From Nitrosospira multiformis ATCC 25196 (lineage in GTDB: Bacteria > Pseudomonadota > Gammaproteobacteria > Burkholderiales > Nitrosomonadaceae), in assembly GCF_000196355.1 (NCBI RefSeq), contig NC_007614.1:1980001-2012000 (forward strand): a stretch of 32,000 nt of DNA, read 5' to 3'. Each line of letters begins with the position of its first letter. Within the stretch, counting starts at the first letter, position 1. Under the pieces are notes generated by a model. The model was not told the DNA's origin. It worked only from the letters and a program-made list of their open reading frames with translations, and made no database searches. This document shows positions 19,239 to 28,751 of the stretch, in pieces. The translations under genes and the position numbers were made by a program.

Positions 19239-19266
19239 GAACTAATTTATACTACGCGTGTCTGTT
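19239..19266 (+). promoter_or_regulatory. Candidate sigma-E (RpoE)-type promoter upstream of rpoE
   Basis: GAACTA (19239-19244), 15-nt spacer, GTCTGTT (19260-19266), close to the E. coli sigma-E consensus GGAACTT-N15-GTCTAA, about 130 nt upstream of the rpoE start. Confidence 0.5.
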
Positions 19267-19394
19267 CACTCAGACCGCGGACGATAGACCGGTGCGTAAT
19301 TCCCGATGGGCTCCTGAACGGGTATACTTGGCTGAGCTGCCTTATAACGAAGCAGTTACAAGTAAGAGATTCGTCAATTCAGGAATTAGGTGGC

Positions 19395-19997
19395 ATGGGT
19401 GACCGGGAAATCGATCAGCAACTGGTGGAACGTGCGCAACACGGGGACAAGCAGGCCTTCGATCTTCTGGTGATCAAGTACCAGCGCAAGCTTGCGCGTC
19501 TCCTTTCGCAATTCATCAGGGATCCGTCGGAAGTAGAGGATGTGACTCAGGAGGCCTTCATCAAGGCTTACCGTGCGCTACCGTCGTTCCGTGGAGACAG
19601 TGCATTTTATACCTGGTTGTACAGGATAGGCATCAATACTGCCAAGAATTTTCTGGTTGCTCAAGGACGGCGGGCGCCTACCACTACTACAGGATTCGAC
19701 AGCGAAGAGGCCGAAGGTTTTGAAGAAGCGAGCCAGCTTCGCGAAATGAACACGCCCGAGAGCGAACTGACAAGCAAGCAGATCGCTCAAACGGTGAACC
19801 AAACGCTGGAAGAATTGCCTGAAGAACTGCGAACGGCAATTACGTTGAGAGAAATTGAGGGACTGAGCTACGAGGAAATCGCAGCGATCATGAATTGTCC
19901 TATCGGCACGGTCCGTTCGCGAATATTTCGTGCACGGGAAGCAATAGCGGAAAAACTGCGCCCCTTGCTGGGGACTGGTAAAGATAAGAGGTGGTAA
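19395..19997 (+). CDS. rpoE: ECF sigma factor RpoE (AlgU-type)
   Basis: 200 aa; DQQLVERAQHGDKQAFDLLVIKYQRKLARLLSQFIRD, VEDVTQEAFIKAYRALPSFRGDSAFYTWLYRI, EELRTAITLREIEGLSYEEIAAIMNCPIGTVRSRIFRAREAI; followed by rseA/rseB/mucD. Confidence 0.97.
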   Translation: MGDREIDQQLVERAQHGDKQAFDLLVIKYQRKLARLLSQFIRDPSEVEDVTQEAFIKAYRALPSFRGDSAFYTWLYRIGINTAKNFLVAQGRRAPTTTTGFDSEEAEGFEEASQLREMNTPESELTSKQIAQTVNQTLEELPEELRTAITLREIEGLSYEEIAAIMNCPIGTVRSRIFRAREAIAEKLRPLLGTGKDKRW

Positions 19998-19998
19998 T

Positions 19999-20565
19999 AT
20001 GCAAGAAAAAATATCGGCATTGATGGATGGTGAACTGGACGCGGGCGATGCCTCGGCAATGATCGAGCAATTCAAGAACGCGGAGGAATTACGGGAATAC
20101 TGGATTGCCTACCACCTGATCAGCGATGCATTGGGTCAGTCGGAGGTCAAACCATTAGACATTACGCGACGAGTTAACGCAAGACTGGTAGCGGAACCTG
20201 CGGTATTCGCAGTGTCAAGCACAACATTGCCTTATCCGGCACCGAAGCGCAGGCCAAGAGCCTACGCTGCTGCAGCCTCCATCGCAGCAGCGATGGTGGG
20301 TGGATGGATAATTCTGCAAACGACGCAAGAGCCGGATCTTCTGAGGCAGAATCTGGCCGATAACAGGACGTCGCCCTCGACTTCTGCAGCCACCACTCTC
20401 GCACCCGTTGCCACTTATCCGGCAATTCCCGCCAAAGCTTCCATCGCCGCGTCCGAATCTGCGCAAATCAACGACTATCTCCTGGCGCATCAGCAATTCT
20501 CGCCTAGCACCACCATGCACGGAGCAATCCCCTTCATGCGTACAGCTGCGGAAAGCGCGCGATAA
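19999..20565 (+). CDS. rseA: Anti-sigma-E factor RseA (MucA-like)
   Basis: 188 aa; MQEKISALMDGELDAGDASAMIEQFKNAEELREYWIAYHLISDAL is the RseA N-terminal anti-sigma domain; a hydrophobic segment follows. Confidence 0.88.
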   Translation: MQEKISALMDGELDAGDASAMIEQFKNAEELREYWIAYHLISDALGQSEVKPLDITRRVNARLVAEPAVFAVSSTTLPYPAPKRRPRAYAAAASIAAAMVGGWIILQTTQEPDLLRQNLADNRTSPSTSAATTLAPVATYPAIPAKASIAASESAQINDYLLAHQQFSPSTTMHGAIPFMRTAAESAR

Positions 20566-20574
20566 CGTTCCCAG

Positions 20575-21561
20575 ATGACACAGGTTTCACTGTCTTCCCT
20601 GCTGCTGACAGTTATCGTTCAATCCGCATTTGCGCAGAATCCCTCCAGTTCATCCCCCTCATCCCCCGAGGCGCTTAACTGGCTGCAAAAGATTGCCGCC
20701 GCCCCCCGCCATTACAACTATGTCGGGACATTCGTCTATTCATCCGAGGGTCAGATAGAGACATCTCGCATCATCCATCTGGTGAATGAGGAAGGGGAGC
20801 AGGAAAAAAGCATGGTGCTGGATGGTCCTCCCCGTGAGATTATCCGCAACAACGACGAAATGAGATGTTATCTTCCGGAAAACAAGACCGTGGTGACGGA
20901 AAAACGATGGCTGCGAAAAGTTTTTCCCGCGCTGCTGCCTCAACCGCTGATCAATCTTGACCACAACTATGTCGTCAAGAAAGGCAAGCAGGAGCGGGTC
21001 AGCGACTATGCCAGCCAGATCATCGAGTTGGAGCCCAGGGATGACAAGCGTTATGGTCAGAAATTATGGATGGATCCCAATACCGGCCTGTTGCTGAAAG
21101 CCGCCGTAATGGATAAAGGGCGGGTGGTGGAACAATTTGTATTCACCGACCTGAAAATTGGCGGTGAAATAGACAAAAGCCTGTTGAAATCCCAATATTC
21201 GGGCCAAGCTGCCGAATGGCGCAAGACAAATCTTGTCTCCTCGACACAGGGAAGCGGAAAACTTGGCTGGCAAGTCAAAGATCCGCCTCCAGGATTCAAA
21301 AAGATTGTGGAAATGAAACGTAATCTCTCCGGCAAATCCCGTCCTGTTGCGCATATTGCTCTGTCGGATGGTCTTGCTGCTGTCTCGGTATTTATCGAGC
21401 CCAGTTCGGGAGAGGCTTCCTCTCCTGTCGAGGGCCTCTATCACAGCCGCGGCGCGATCAACATCTATACACGTACTCTCGGTGACAACAGGGTAACTGC
21501 CATAGGCGAAGTACCGCCGGCCACTGTAATGCAAATCGGTAATTCTGTTACCAGTCGCTAG
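20575..21561 (+). CDS. rseB: Periplasmic sigma-E regulatory protein RseB/MucB
   Basis: 328 aa; signal peptide, then ALNWLQKIAAAPRHYNYVGTFVYSSEGQIETSRIIHLVNEEGEQEKSMVLDGPPREIIRNNDEMRCYLP, characteristic of MucB/RseB. Confidence 0.93.
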   Translation: MTQVSLSSLLLTVIVQSAFAQNPSSSSPSSPEALNWLQKIAAAPRHYNYVGTFVYSSEGQIETSRIIHLVNEEGEQEKSMVLDGPPREIIRNNDEMRCYLPENKTVVTEKRWLRKVFPALLPQPLINLDHNYVVKKGKQERVSDYASQIIELEPRDDKRYGQKLWMDPNTGLLLKAAVMDKGRVVEQFVFTDLKIGGEIDKSLLKSQYSGQAAEWRKTNLVSSTQGSGKLGWQVKDPPPGFKKIVEMKRNLSGKSRPVAHIALSDGLAAVSVFIEPSSGEASSPVEGLYHSRGAINIYTRTLGDNRVTAIGEVPPATVMQIGNSVTSR

Positions 21562-21685
21562 GTGGCCCTAAAGACCGTCGGGTCGGCTCGGATTGAATGC
21601 AGTCCTGGTACCAGGTACTACTATTCCCTTATTTTGGGCAGATGGATGAAGGATTCACCCGTTTTTACTCCATGGAAGAAAAAGT

Positions 21686-23107
21686 ATGATTGCTAAATTT
21701 TTACTGGTGGTGCTGCTTGGATTATCCACGAGCGTGTTTGCCCAGGCGCCGGCGCGTGAATTGCCGGATTTTACCGGGTTGGTGGAAAGAGAAGGACCCT
21801 CGGTCGTAAACATCAGCACCGTTCAGTCAGGCAACTCAACCACGGAACGGGCTTTTCCGGGAATACCGAACATACCCGAGGATGATCCGTTTTTCGAGTT
21901 TTTCCGGAGACACATGCAGCCGCATGGAGGAATGCCACGAGATTTCGAATCCAGATCGGTAGGCTCCGGCTTTATTATCAGTTCGGATGGCTATATTCTG
22001 ACAAATACCCATCTGGTGGATGGAGCCGATGAAATCAATGTGAAGCTTACGGACAAACGGGAGTTCCGGGCAAAGCTCATCGGCGCGGATCGCAAGACGG
22101 ATATTGCTCTCCTCAAGATCGATGCTACCGGACTGCCGAAAGTCACCCAGGGGGATCCCAATAACATGAAGGTAGGAGAATGGGTGGTAGCGATCGGATC
22201 ACCGTTCGGCTTTGAAAACAGCGTCACTGCCGGAATTGTCAGCGCCAAAGGACGCTCTCTGGCACAGGAGAATTTCGTGCCCTTCATCCAGACGGATGTC
22301 GCGATCAACCCCGGGAATTCCGGCGGACCGCTATTCAATATGAACGGTGAGGTGGTCGGTGTCAATTCCCAGATCTACAGTCGCACGGGTGGATTCATGG
22401 GTTTGTCATTCGCCATTCCCATCGATGTTGCCCGGGATATATCGAATCAGTTGATTGCGAGCGGCAAGGTAAGCCGAGGCAGAATCGGCGTGCTGATTCA
22501 GGAAATCACAAAGGAACTGGCGGAATCGTTCGGTTTACCCAAGCCAGCCGGCGCGCTGGTAGCTTCTGTCCAGAAAGGCGGCCCGGCAGACAAGGCAGGC
22601 ATTCAAGCACGGGATGTCATTCTCAAGTTCGACGGCAAGACCGTGAATTCCTCGGGCGATCTGCCACGCATAGTAGGCTCGACCAAGCCAGGCACGAAAG
22701 TGCAGATGCAGGTGTGGCGAAATGGGTCGACCAAGGAGTTCACGATTACAGTGGATGAGCTTCCGGAGGATGAAAAACCGGCAGCGCGTTCTGGAAAGCG
22801 GGGCAAGACGCCGGATACAGCGAATCGCATCGGCTTGAGCCTGATCGAGTTGACTCCCGATCAGAAGAAGGAACTGGAAACTGAAAGCGGGCTTCTGGTC
22901 GAGGACATGGTGCCTGGTATCGCGAGTCGCGCGGGGGTCAGACCCGGTGATGTCATTCTGAGCATCAATAATCAGGATGTCAAAACGGTTGATCAATTCA
23001 ACCAGTTGCTCAACAAGGTCGAGAAAGGACGCAATATCGCCCTGCTGGTCAAACGCGGTGATACAGCCACCTTCATTACCATGAAGATGAATGGTGAACA
23101 CAGATAA
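21686..23107 (+). CDS. mucD: Periplasmic Do-like serine protease (MucD/DegP family)
   Basis: 473 aa; signal peptide, catalytic motifs NTHLVDGA, RKTDIALLKI, NPGNSGGPLFN, two PDZ domains. Confidence 0.93.
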   Translation: MIAKFLLVVLLGLSTSVFAQAPARELPDFTGLVEREGPSVVNISTVQSGNSTTERAFPGIPNIPEDDPFFEFFRRHMQPHGGMPRDFESRSVGSGFIISSDGYILTNTHLVDGADEINVKLTDKREFRAKLIGADRKTDIALLKIDATGLPKVTQGDPNNMKVGEWVVAIGSPFGFENSVTAGIVSAKGRSLAQENFVPFIQTDVAINPGNSGGPLFNMNGEVVGVNSQIYSRTGGFMGLSFAIPIDVARDISNQLIASGKVSRGRIGVLIQEITKELAESFGLPKPAGALVASVQKGGPADKAGIQARDVILKFDGKTVNSSGDLPRIVGSTKPGTKVQMQVWRNGSTKEFTITVDELPEDEKPAARSGKRGKTPDTANRIGLSLIELTPDQKKELETESGLLVEDMVPGIASRAGVRPGDVILSINNQDVKTVDQFNQLLNKVEKGRNIALLVKRGDTATFITMKMNGEHR

Positions 23108-23371
23108 ATGACTGTCCCCGATCCTGATCTCCCTGTCTTGCTGACAGTCTATGGCCGGGAACACTGCCACCTCTGCCAGGACATGCTCGCGGCCCTGCAG
23201 GAATTGAAGGCAAGCCATCCTTTTCAGCTCGAAGTCGTGGATGTGGATAGCGACAGCGATCTGCAATCGCGCTATGGGCAACGCGTTCCCGTGTTGATGG
23301 CCGGGGACAGTGAAATTTGCCACTATCACCTCGACCTGAATGCGTTTGACCGGATATTTCAGCGAATCTAA
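23108..23371 (+). CDS. Glutaredoxin-like family protein (CxxC)
   Basis: 87 aa; LTVYGREHCHLCQDMLAALQELK... RVPVLMAGDSEICHYHLD; ATG immediately follows the mucD TAA. Confidence 0.85.
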   Translation: MTVPDPDLPVLLTVYGREHCHLCQDMLAALQELKASHPFQLEVVDVDSDSDLQSRYGQRVPVLMAGDSEICHYHLDLNAFDRIFQRI

Positions 23372-23406
23372 AAATAGCACGTCTGTTCTTTTGTGAAAGC
23401 GGTGAG

Positions 23407-23438
23407 CGCCTCCTTCCCCTTCATCGGGGAAGGAGGCG
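23407..23438. promoter_or_regulatory. Perfect 13-bp hairpin (CGCCTCCTTCCCC / GGGGAAGGAGGCG, 6-nt loop) in the grx-lepA spacer
   Basis: Direct reading: 23407-23419 pairs perfectly with 23426-23438; no downstream T-tract, so it is not a canonical intrinsic terminator. Confidence 0.6.
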
Positions 23439-23635
23439 ATACGCCAAGTGAGCAGGTGCTTATTTCCTCAAAATTCGCTAAAATGTCCGTCTTGAACAAG
23501 AATTTGCAGGGACCGGATATACGTGCGACCAGAGGGCCACGCCATGAGAGGGCACACCATGTGCCCTTTTTTGATTGCCGGTGAATTCCGGCATCGTCCT
23601 GTTATCATCCTCTTCCCTTGCTATCCCGATTCCTG

Positions 23636-25429
23636 ATGCAGCACATCCGCAACTTTTCCATCATCGCCCATATCGATCACGGCAAGTCCACGCTCGCAGA
23701 CCGCATCATCCATTTATGCGGGGGGTTATCCGACCGGGAAATGGAAGAACAGGTGCTGGACTCGATGGAACTGGAGCGCGAGCGCGGAATCACCATCAAG
23801 GCGCAGACGGCGGCTCTGGAATACAAATCCCGTGACGGCAGCAGCTATCTGCTGAATCTGATCGATACGCCCGGCCACGTCGACTTCTCCTATGAAGTAT
23901 CGCGCTCGCTCGCAGCCTGCGAGGGAGCCCTTCTGGTAGTTGATGCTTCCCAGGGCGTGGAAGCCCAAACTGTTGCAAATTGCTACACCGCAATCGAACA
24001 GGGTGTGGAAGTCATACCGGTACTGAACAAGATCGATCTGCCCGCTGCCGAACCGGAACGCGTCATCAAGGAAATTGAAGATATCATTGGCATAGAAGCA
24101 CAGGATGCCGTGCGGGCAAGCGCAAAAACCGGTGTCGGCGTGGAGGATATCCTGGAAGCGGTCATTTCGCGCATTCCCCCGCCGAAAGGGAATCCGGAAG
24201 CACCCCTGAAAGCCCTTATCATCGATTCCTGGTTCGACAACTATGTAGGCGTGGTAATGCTGGTGCGGGTAATGGATGGGGTATTGAAGCCTAAGGACAG
24301 AATATTGCTGATGGCCAGTAAAACCACCCACTTGTGTGAACAGGTAGGCGTATTTACGCCCAAATCCAGAAACCGGGAATCTCTCAGCGCCGGGGAAGTG
24401 GGCTTCATTATTTCCGGAATCAAGGAGTTGAAGTCTGCCAAAGTCGGCGATACGGTAACACTCGTTGACCGCCCCGCCCCCCAACCGCTGCTCGGCTTCA
24501 AGGAGATCAAACCGCAGGTGTTCGCCGGACTCTACCCCGTGGAATCCAACCAGTACGACGCCCTGCGCGATGCGCTGGAGAAGTTGAAACTCAATGATTC
24601 TTCATTGCAATACGAGCCGGAAACGTCGCAGGCGCTGGGATTCGGTTTTCGCTGCGGCTTTCTCGGGCTCCTTCATCTCGACATCGTACAGGAAAGACTG
24701 GAGCGGGAATACGACATGAACCTGATCACCACTGCGCCCACGGTGGTGTATCAGGTCGTGCTGCGCGATGGATCAGTCATTGAAATTGAAAACCCATCCA
24801 GATTGCCTGATCTCTCAAAAATAGAGCAGATTCGTGAGCCGATCATCACGGCAACCATCCTCGTCCCGCAGGAATATGTCGGATCGGTCATTACGCTTTG
24901 CATCAGCAAGCGGGGAATCCAGAAGAATATGCAATATATGGGCAGGCAGGTCATGCTGACCTATGAAATCCCGCTCAATGAAGTCGTCATGGATTTCTTC
25001 GACAGGTTAAAATCGACCAGCCGCGGTTACGCTTCACTGGATTATGAATTCAAGGAGTTCAGGGCTTCCGATCTCGTCAAGCTGGATATCCTCATCAATG
25101 GCGAGCGTGTGGACGCCCTGTCGCTGATTGTGCACCGTGCGAGCAGCCAGTACCGCGGACGGGAACTCGCGCAGAAAATGCGTGAATTGATTCCCCGGCA
25201 GATGTTCGATATCGCTGTTCAAGCTGCCATAGGCTCGCACATTATCGCCAGGGAAAGTATCAAGGCTTTGCGCAAGAATGTGCTGGCCAAATGCTATGGC
25301 GGCGATATCACGCGTAAACGCAAGCTTCTGGAAAAACAGAAAGCCGGTAAAAAGCGCATGAAGCAAGTCGGGAATGTCGAAATTCCGCAGGAAGCGTTTC
25401 TCGCCATTCTGCAGGTTGGAGAAAAGTAG
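23636..25429 (+). CDS. lepA: Elongation factor 4 (LepA) GTPase
   Basis: [57 protein letters not shown]; start at the internal Met is preferred over track 23618. Confidence 0.97.
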   Translation: MQHIRNFSIIAHIDHGKSTLADRIIHLCGGLSDREMEEQVLDSMELERERGITIKAQTAALEYKSRDGSSYLLNLIDTPGHVDFSYEVSRSLAACEGALLVVDASQGVEAQTVANCYTAIEQGVEVIPVLNKIDLPAAEPERVIKEIEDIIGIEAQDAVRASAKTGVGVEDILEAVISRIPPPKGNPEAPLKALIIDSWFDNYVGVVMLVRVMDGVLKPKDRILLMASKTTHLCEQVGVFTPKSRNRESLSAGEVGFIISGIKELKSAKVGDTVTLVDRPAPQPLLGFKEIKPQVFAGLYPVESNQYDALRDALEKLKLNDSSLQYEPETSQALGFGFRCGFLGLLHLDIVQERLEREYDMNLITTAPTVVYQVVLRDGSVIEIENPSRLPDLSKIEQIREPIITATILVPQEYVGSVITLCISKRGIQKNMQYMGRQVMLTYEIPLNEVVMDFFDRLKSTSRGYASLDYEFKEFRASDLVKLDILINGERVDALSLIVHRASSQYRGRELAQKMRELIPRQMFDIAVQAAIGSHIIARESIKALRKNVLAKCYGGDITRKRKLLEKQKAGKKRMKQVGNVEIPQEAFLAILQVGEK

Positions 25430-25537
25430 TTCAAACAATACGATGGATCGCCTTCAACAAGGGGCACATGCTCACCAGGAAAATCCCGTTTCCGGGAGAG
25501 CAATGGACTGTTCACCCGAAGGGAATAAGGAACAAGA

Positions 25538-26344
25538 ATGAACTTTCCGCTCATTATGCTGATATTGCTGTTAATCACCGGCAGTATCGCCCTGCTCGAT
25601 CGTACCGTGCTGCACCGACACCGCGCGCCGGGAGACCAGGGGCCATGGTGGGTGGAGTATCCGAAAAGCTTTTTCCCGGTGATTCTTGTCGTGTTCTGCC
25701 TGCGCTCTTTCCTGGTTGAGCCTTTCAAAATCCCCTCGGGCTCGATGATTCCGACTCTGCTGGTAGGAGACTTCATTCTCGTCAATAAATATACTTATGG
25801 TATCCGATTGCCGGTCGCCAACGTCAAGCTGATGGATATAAACTCCCCTCAGCGTGGAGAGGTCATGGTTTTCCGCTACCCGGTCGATCCCTCCATGGAT
25901 TACATTAAGCGTATCGTAGGGATACCGGGAGATATCATCACCTATCGTGACAAGCAGCTGAGCGTCAACAACGTGCCGGTGAGGATGGAGCCGAACGGGG
26001 AATATACCTATGTGGAATCGGGCCTGAAATTCGTTTACAGCCGCAGCTATACGGAGTCACTCGGAAATCACCGCTATAATGTCCTTATCAATCCCCTGGA
26101 GGAGCATAGTATCCAGCTAGGGGGCGTGCTTCCCTTCCCCCATCATGAAAATTGCAGCTATAACGATCGTGGATTTACCTGCAAGGTTCCTCCCGGCAAC
26201 TACTTTGCCATGGGAGACAACCGCGACAGCAGCAGTGACAGTCGTTATTGGGGATTCGTACCCGACCAGAACATTGTGGGCAAGGCTTTCATGATCTGGT
26301 GGAATTTCAGCGACCTGAAACGCATCGGATTATCGATCAAGTAA
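25538..26344 (+). CDS. lepB: Signal peptidase I
   Basis: 268 aa; KIPSGSMIPTLLVGDFILVNKYTYG, RGEVMVFRYP..DYIKRIVGIPGD, GDNRDSSSDSRYWGFVP. Confidence 0.96.
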   Translation: MNFPLIMLILLLITGSIALLDRTVLHRHRAPGDQGPWWVEYPKSFFPVILVVFCLRSFLVEPFKIPSGSMIPTLLVGDFILVNKYTYGIRLPVANVKLMDINSPQRGEVMVFRYPVDPSMDYIKRIVGIPGDIITYRDKQLSVNNVPVRMEPNGEYTYVESGLKFVYSRSYTESLGNHRYNVLINPLEEHSIQLGGVLPFPHHENCSYNDRGFTCKVPPGNYFAMGDNRDSSSDSRYWGFVPDQNIVGKAFMIWWNFSDLKRIGLSIK

Positions 26345-26416
26345 TTCGGGCGGCAATCAGGACCTTGAGCATGTGGTGGATCAGTCGCCATAATTGGTCG
26401 GAGGGGACGCGCAAAA

Positions 26417-27109
26417 TTGGGGACAGCTTACCGGAATACGGAGAGTGCGGCACTGTGCCGGAAACTCGGTTACACCTTCCGTCGACCCGAACTGCTGCGG
26501 CAAGCCCTGACGCACCGCAGCCACAGCATACCTCACAACGAACGGCTTGAATTTCTGGGTGACGCCGTCCTCAACTGCGCCGTCGCCGGATTGATATTCC
26601 ATCATTTTCCCGATCTCAGCGAAGGTAGTTTGTCCCGGATACGGGCAAACCTCGTAAACCAGAAGATGCTGGCCGAACTGGCGCAAACGCTTGAGCTGGG
26701 AAAGCTTATCCGATTTGGCGAAGGTGAGCTCAAAAGTGGAGGAGACAAGCGGCCTTCGATTCTTGCGGATGCGCTGGAAGCTGTGATTGGCGCCATATAT
26801 CTCGACGCGGGTTTTGAGCAGGCCGAGAAGACAGTTGAAAATCTTTTCATTCCCTCCCTGGGGGAGCTGAACACCCATGCCCTCGGCAAGGATCCCAAAA
26901 CCCTTTTGCAGGAATATCTCCAGAGCCGCAAGCTGGCGCTACCCCGGTATGCTGTCGTTGCTACCCGAGGCGAAGCTCACCAGCAGCAGTTTCAGGTGGA
27001 ATGCGTGATTTCCCGGCCTCAAATCCGCACCCTGGGCGAAGGCACGAGCCGTCGCAGTGCGGAACAGCACGCGGCCCGGCAAGCTTATGAGCAACTCCAG
27101 TCGCATTAG
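26417..27109 (+). CDS. rnc: Ribonuclease III (TTG start as annotated; start uncertain)
   Basis: [38 protein letters not shown], dsRBD near the C-terminus ([33 protein letters not shown]). Confidence 0.93.
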   Translation: MGTAYRNTESAALCRKLGYTFRRPELLRQALTHRSHSIPHNERLEFLGDAVLNCAVAGLIFHHFPDLSEGSLSRIRANLVNQKMLAELAQTLELGKLIRFGEGELKSGGDKRPSILADALEAVIGAIYLDAGFEQAEKTVENLFIPSLGELNTHALGKDPKTLLQEYLQSRKLALPRYAVVATRGEAHQQQFQVECVISRPQIRTLGEGTSRRSAEQHAARQAYEQLQSH

Positions 27110-27223
27110 AACTGCCTTTCGTGCTTTTCTGGACTGTGAAGCGCTTCCTGCCACAGCCAAAATATTCCAACAGCAAGGCTGCGAGGGAGTTACCCGAATG
27201 TATATGACGCAAAACCTCTTCTG

Positions 27224-28132
27224 ATGAACACTGAAGCTTCCCTTGCAGACCCTGTTTATCGCAGCGGGTATATTGCCATTGTTGGCCGCCCCAACGTAGG
27301 AAAATCCACTCTGTTAAACAGGTTGGTCGGCCAAAAGATCAGTATTACATCAAAAAAATCCCAGACGACGCGGCACCGCATACATGGAATTTTCACTGAT
27401 GAATACTCCCAGTTTGTTTTTGTCGACACTCCGGGCTTCCAGACACGGCATACAAACCGTTTGAACAGCGGAATGAACCGTCTGGTCACTCAGACGCTGC
27501 GGGATGTGGATATCGTGATACTGGTGATCGAAGCGATGCGCTTCGACGATCGCGACAAGCTGGTGGTGAAACTCCTGCCAAAGAGCAAGCCTGTGGTTCT
27601 TGCCCTGAACAAAATAGACCGCTTGACGGATAAATCCCAACTGCTTCCCTTCCTCGAAAAGATGTCAAAGGAATTTGATTTCGCAGCCATGGTGCCGATA
27701 AGTGCCGAGAATGGAGGGCAGTTGCCCGAATTGATAGCTGCGATACGGCCGCACCTGCCGCAAAATCCGCCATTATTCCTGGAAGATGAAGTAACCGACC
27801 GGGATGAACGCTTCATAGCGGCGGAACTGGTTCGCGAAAAGTTGTTCCGGCTGTTGGGAGAAGAGATTCCTTATTCCACCAGCGTCATCATTGACCAGTT
27901 TACGGTGGAAGACGAGCTGCGCAGGATTCACGCTTCCATTGTGGTCGATAAATCCAGCCAGAAAGCAATTGTCATCGGCAAGGACGGAGAAAAATTGAAG
28001 CTGATCGCTACCCAGGCGCGCAAAGACATGGAAGAAAGCTTCGGTGGCAAGGTTTATCTCAAGATCTGGGTAAAGATCAAAAGCGGCTGGGCCGAAGATG
28101 CACGGATGCTGAAGACGCTCGGGTATGAGTAA
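27224..28132 (+). CDS. era: GTPase Era
   Basis: 302 aa; [43 protein letters not shown]-terminal KH domain ([51 protein letters not shown]). Confidence 0.97.
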   Translation: MNTEASLADPVYRSGYIAIVGRPNVGKSTLLNRLVGQKISITSKKSQTTRHRIHGIFTDEYSQFVFVDTPGFQTRHTNRLNSGMNRLVTQTLRDVDIVILVIEAMRFDDRDKLVVKLLPKSKPVVLALNKIDRLTDKSQLLPFLEKMSKEFDFAAMVPISAENGGQLPELIAAIRPHLPQNPPLFLEDEVTDRDERFIAAELVREKLFRLLGEEIPYSTSVIIDQFTVEDELRRIHASIVVDKSSQKAIVIGKDGEKLKLIATQARKDMEESFGGKVYLKIWVKIKSGWAEDARMLKTLGYE

Positions 28133-28134
28133 CC

Positions 28135-28698
28135 CGCGGAGGGTGGAACAGTGCCTTCCAAAGGAAGGTGTGACCCGGAGCGGGTTTACTGGCGCCATGA
28201 ATATCAGGTTTCTGTACCGCTCAATCAATTTTCCGGAATCCCGCAGGCAGCGATTGGGCGCCAGCGCGGAGGGTGGAACAGTGCCTTCCAAAGGAAGGTG
28301 TGACCCGGAGCGGGTTTACTGGCGCCATGAATATCAGGTTTCTGTACCGCTCAATCAATTTTCCGGAATCCCGCAGGCAGCGATTGGGCGCCAGCGCGGA
28401 GGGTGGAACAGTGCCTTCCAAAGGAAGGTGTGACCCGGAGCGGGTTTACTGGCGCCATGAATATCAGGTTTCTGTACCGCTCAATCAATTTTCCGGAATC
28501 CCGCAGGCAGCGATTGGGCGCCAGCGCGGAGGGTGGAACAGTGCCTTCCAAAGGAAGGTGTGACCCGGAGCGGGTTTACTGGCGCCATGAATATCAGGTT
28601 TCTGTACCGCTCAATCAATTTTCCGGAATCCCGCAGGCAGCGATTGGGCGCCAGCGCGGAGGGTGGAGCAGTGCCTTCCGAAGGAAGCTGCGACCCGG
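28135..28698. repeat. 130-bp perfect tandem repeat, 4 full units (starting 28135, 28265, 28395, 28525) plus a degenerate fifth partial unit from 28655
   Basis: CGCGGAGGGTGGAACAGTGCCTTCCAAAGGAAGGTGTGACCCGGAGCGGGTTTACTGGCGCCATGAATATCAGG... recurs identically with period 130; anchor CGCGGA at 28135, 28265, 28395, 28525, 28655. Confidence 0.97.
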
Positions 28699-28701
28699 AG
28701 C

Positions 28702-28717
28702 GTGCGGAAAACCGCAC
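28702..28717. promoter_or_regulatory. Small perfect hairpin GTGCGG-AAAA-CCGCAC just after the tandem array and upstream of recO
   Basis: Direct reading: 28702-28707 pairs with 28712-28717, 4-nt loop; no T-tract. Confidence 0.45.
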
Positions 28718-28751
28718 AAGCGAAGATCGTAGCAGGGGCGCTCGCTAAAAC

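Noticed and set aside
22535-23380. 281-aa minus-strand ORF
   Set aside because: Antisense to mucD and the glutaredoxin-like gene, both strongly supported.
28135-28698. CRISPR array
   Set aside because: Units are identical across all 130 bp with no variable spacers; this is a simple tandem repeat, not repeat-spacer architecture.
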